Part shown: piece by piece, positions 63,672 to 64,000 of the stretch
Layout of the letters: each line of letters opens with the position of its first letter
How positions within the stretch are numbered: position 1 is the first letter of the stretch
NCBI GenBank assembly: GCA_902798585.1
Contig: CADBXF010000005.1
Location: 82,824-146,823 of the forward strand
Direction: 5' to 3'
Length of the DNA: 64,000 nucleotides
DNA from: an uncultured Lachnospiraceae bacterium
GTDB taxonomy: Bacteria; Bacillota; Clostridia; Lachnospirales; Lachnospiraceae
The notes under the pieces: model-generated
Seen by the model: the letters and a program-made list of their open reading frames with translations, nothing else
The model's database searches: none
Told to the model about the DNA's origin: nothing
Program-made: the position numbers and the translations under genes

Positions 63672-64000
63672 CTATTTCCTGCGGGTGCGTTCCCCTTCGT
63701 AGCCTACATTTTTCGTGCGTCTCGAATAGATAATCGACAGAAGCAAAAGGAATACCATTGCGCCGATCCATACGAACAGGCAGACCCCGAGCGGCTGAAC
63801 CGGACAGACTCCGCACAGCTTGCAGGTCTTCTTCGCGTCCGGGTTCGTGCCCGAAAGCATATACGACGGAAGCGGCGTGGGCTTCGGCGTCGGCGTTGTC
63901 GTCGCTTCTCCCGAATCCGGCGTCGGCGTCAGCGGCGATGTACCCGAATAGGTAATCACATCCGTATAGACCGAGTCAAACTCATTGCCCTCGGAATAAA
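63672..64000 (-). CDS. C-terminal part of a secreted/surface protein with PT-rich linker and Cys-rich TM tail (Firmicu-CTERM-like); 5' end outside window
   Basis: The reading frame is open from 64000. The tail reads TPTPDSGEATTTPTPKPTPLP...CKLCGVCPVQPLGVCLFVWIGAMVFLLLLSIIYSRRTKN. Confidence 0.6.
   Translation of the reverse strand, partial: YSEGNEFDSVYTDVITYSGTSPLTPTPDSGEATTTPTPKPTPLPSYMLSGTNPDAKKTCKLCGVCPVQPLGVCLFVWIGAMVFLLLLSIIYSRRTKNVGYEGERTRRK

Noticed and set aside
1-64000. Prophage, defence island or toxin-antitoxin content
   Set aside because: I recognised no integrase, portal, terminase or capsid protein, reverse transcriptase, Cas protein, restriction-modification enzyme or classic TA family. 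The lower-GC patches (7.2-9.6 kb, 26.4-27.2 kb, 58.8-60.9 kb) contain lectins, small hypotheticals and one IS only.

Overview
This is a 64-kb chromosomal segment from a high-GC, Gram-positive anaerobe of clostridial type. I infer that from a T-box leader, a perfect CIRCE operator, a BceRS/BceAB-type module, rubrerythrin plus desulfoferrodoxin, PT-rich lipoprotein linkers and a Firmicu-CTERM-like tail. I support about 50 densely packed protein genes, mostly on the minus strand. The main themes are: (i) hemicellulose/xylan breakdown (two GH10, one GH43 beta-xylosidase-like, a carboxylesterase-GH43 fusion, a CE1-like esterase); (ii) cell envelope (a PAP2, GT2/GtrA, phosphodiester glycosidase and membrane protein operon, two NodB deacetylases, a C11 peptidase, DUF1287, PspC); (iii) export and resistance modules (two heterodimeric ABC exporter pairs, MarR, YtrA-type GntR plus ABC-2, a Bce-type module, MATE); (iv) stress (CIRCE-controlled hsp20, rubrerythrin, desulfoferrodoxin); and (v) one IS110-family insertion sequence. 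I recognised no rRNA, tRNA, CRISPR array, cas gene, integrase, reverse transcriptase or restriction/defence gene. The most unusual content is non-coding. Two gene-free, repeat-laden zones (55565-56561 and 58369-58827) flank a T-box-controlled stand-alone trpB2-like gene and lie next to the IS110 element, whose 5' leader could encode a bridge RNA. Other second-look items are tandem double beta-trefoil lectin paralogs, a translationally coupled operon of a MocR-like regulator (PLP lysine replaced), a TPR protein and a DUF4037 protein, a Bce module with an embedded deacetylase, and an ECF-like sigma factor with a long C-terminal extension. Many long ORFs in the supplied track are antisense shadows of real genes, as expected at high GC, and are not called. 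All family assignments come from motif recognition by eye; no searches were run.
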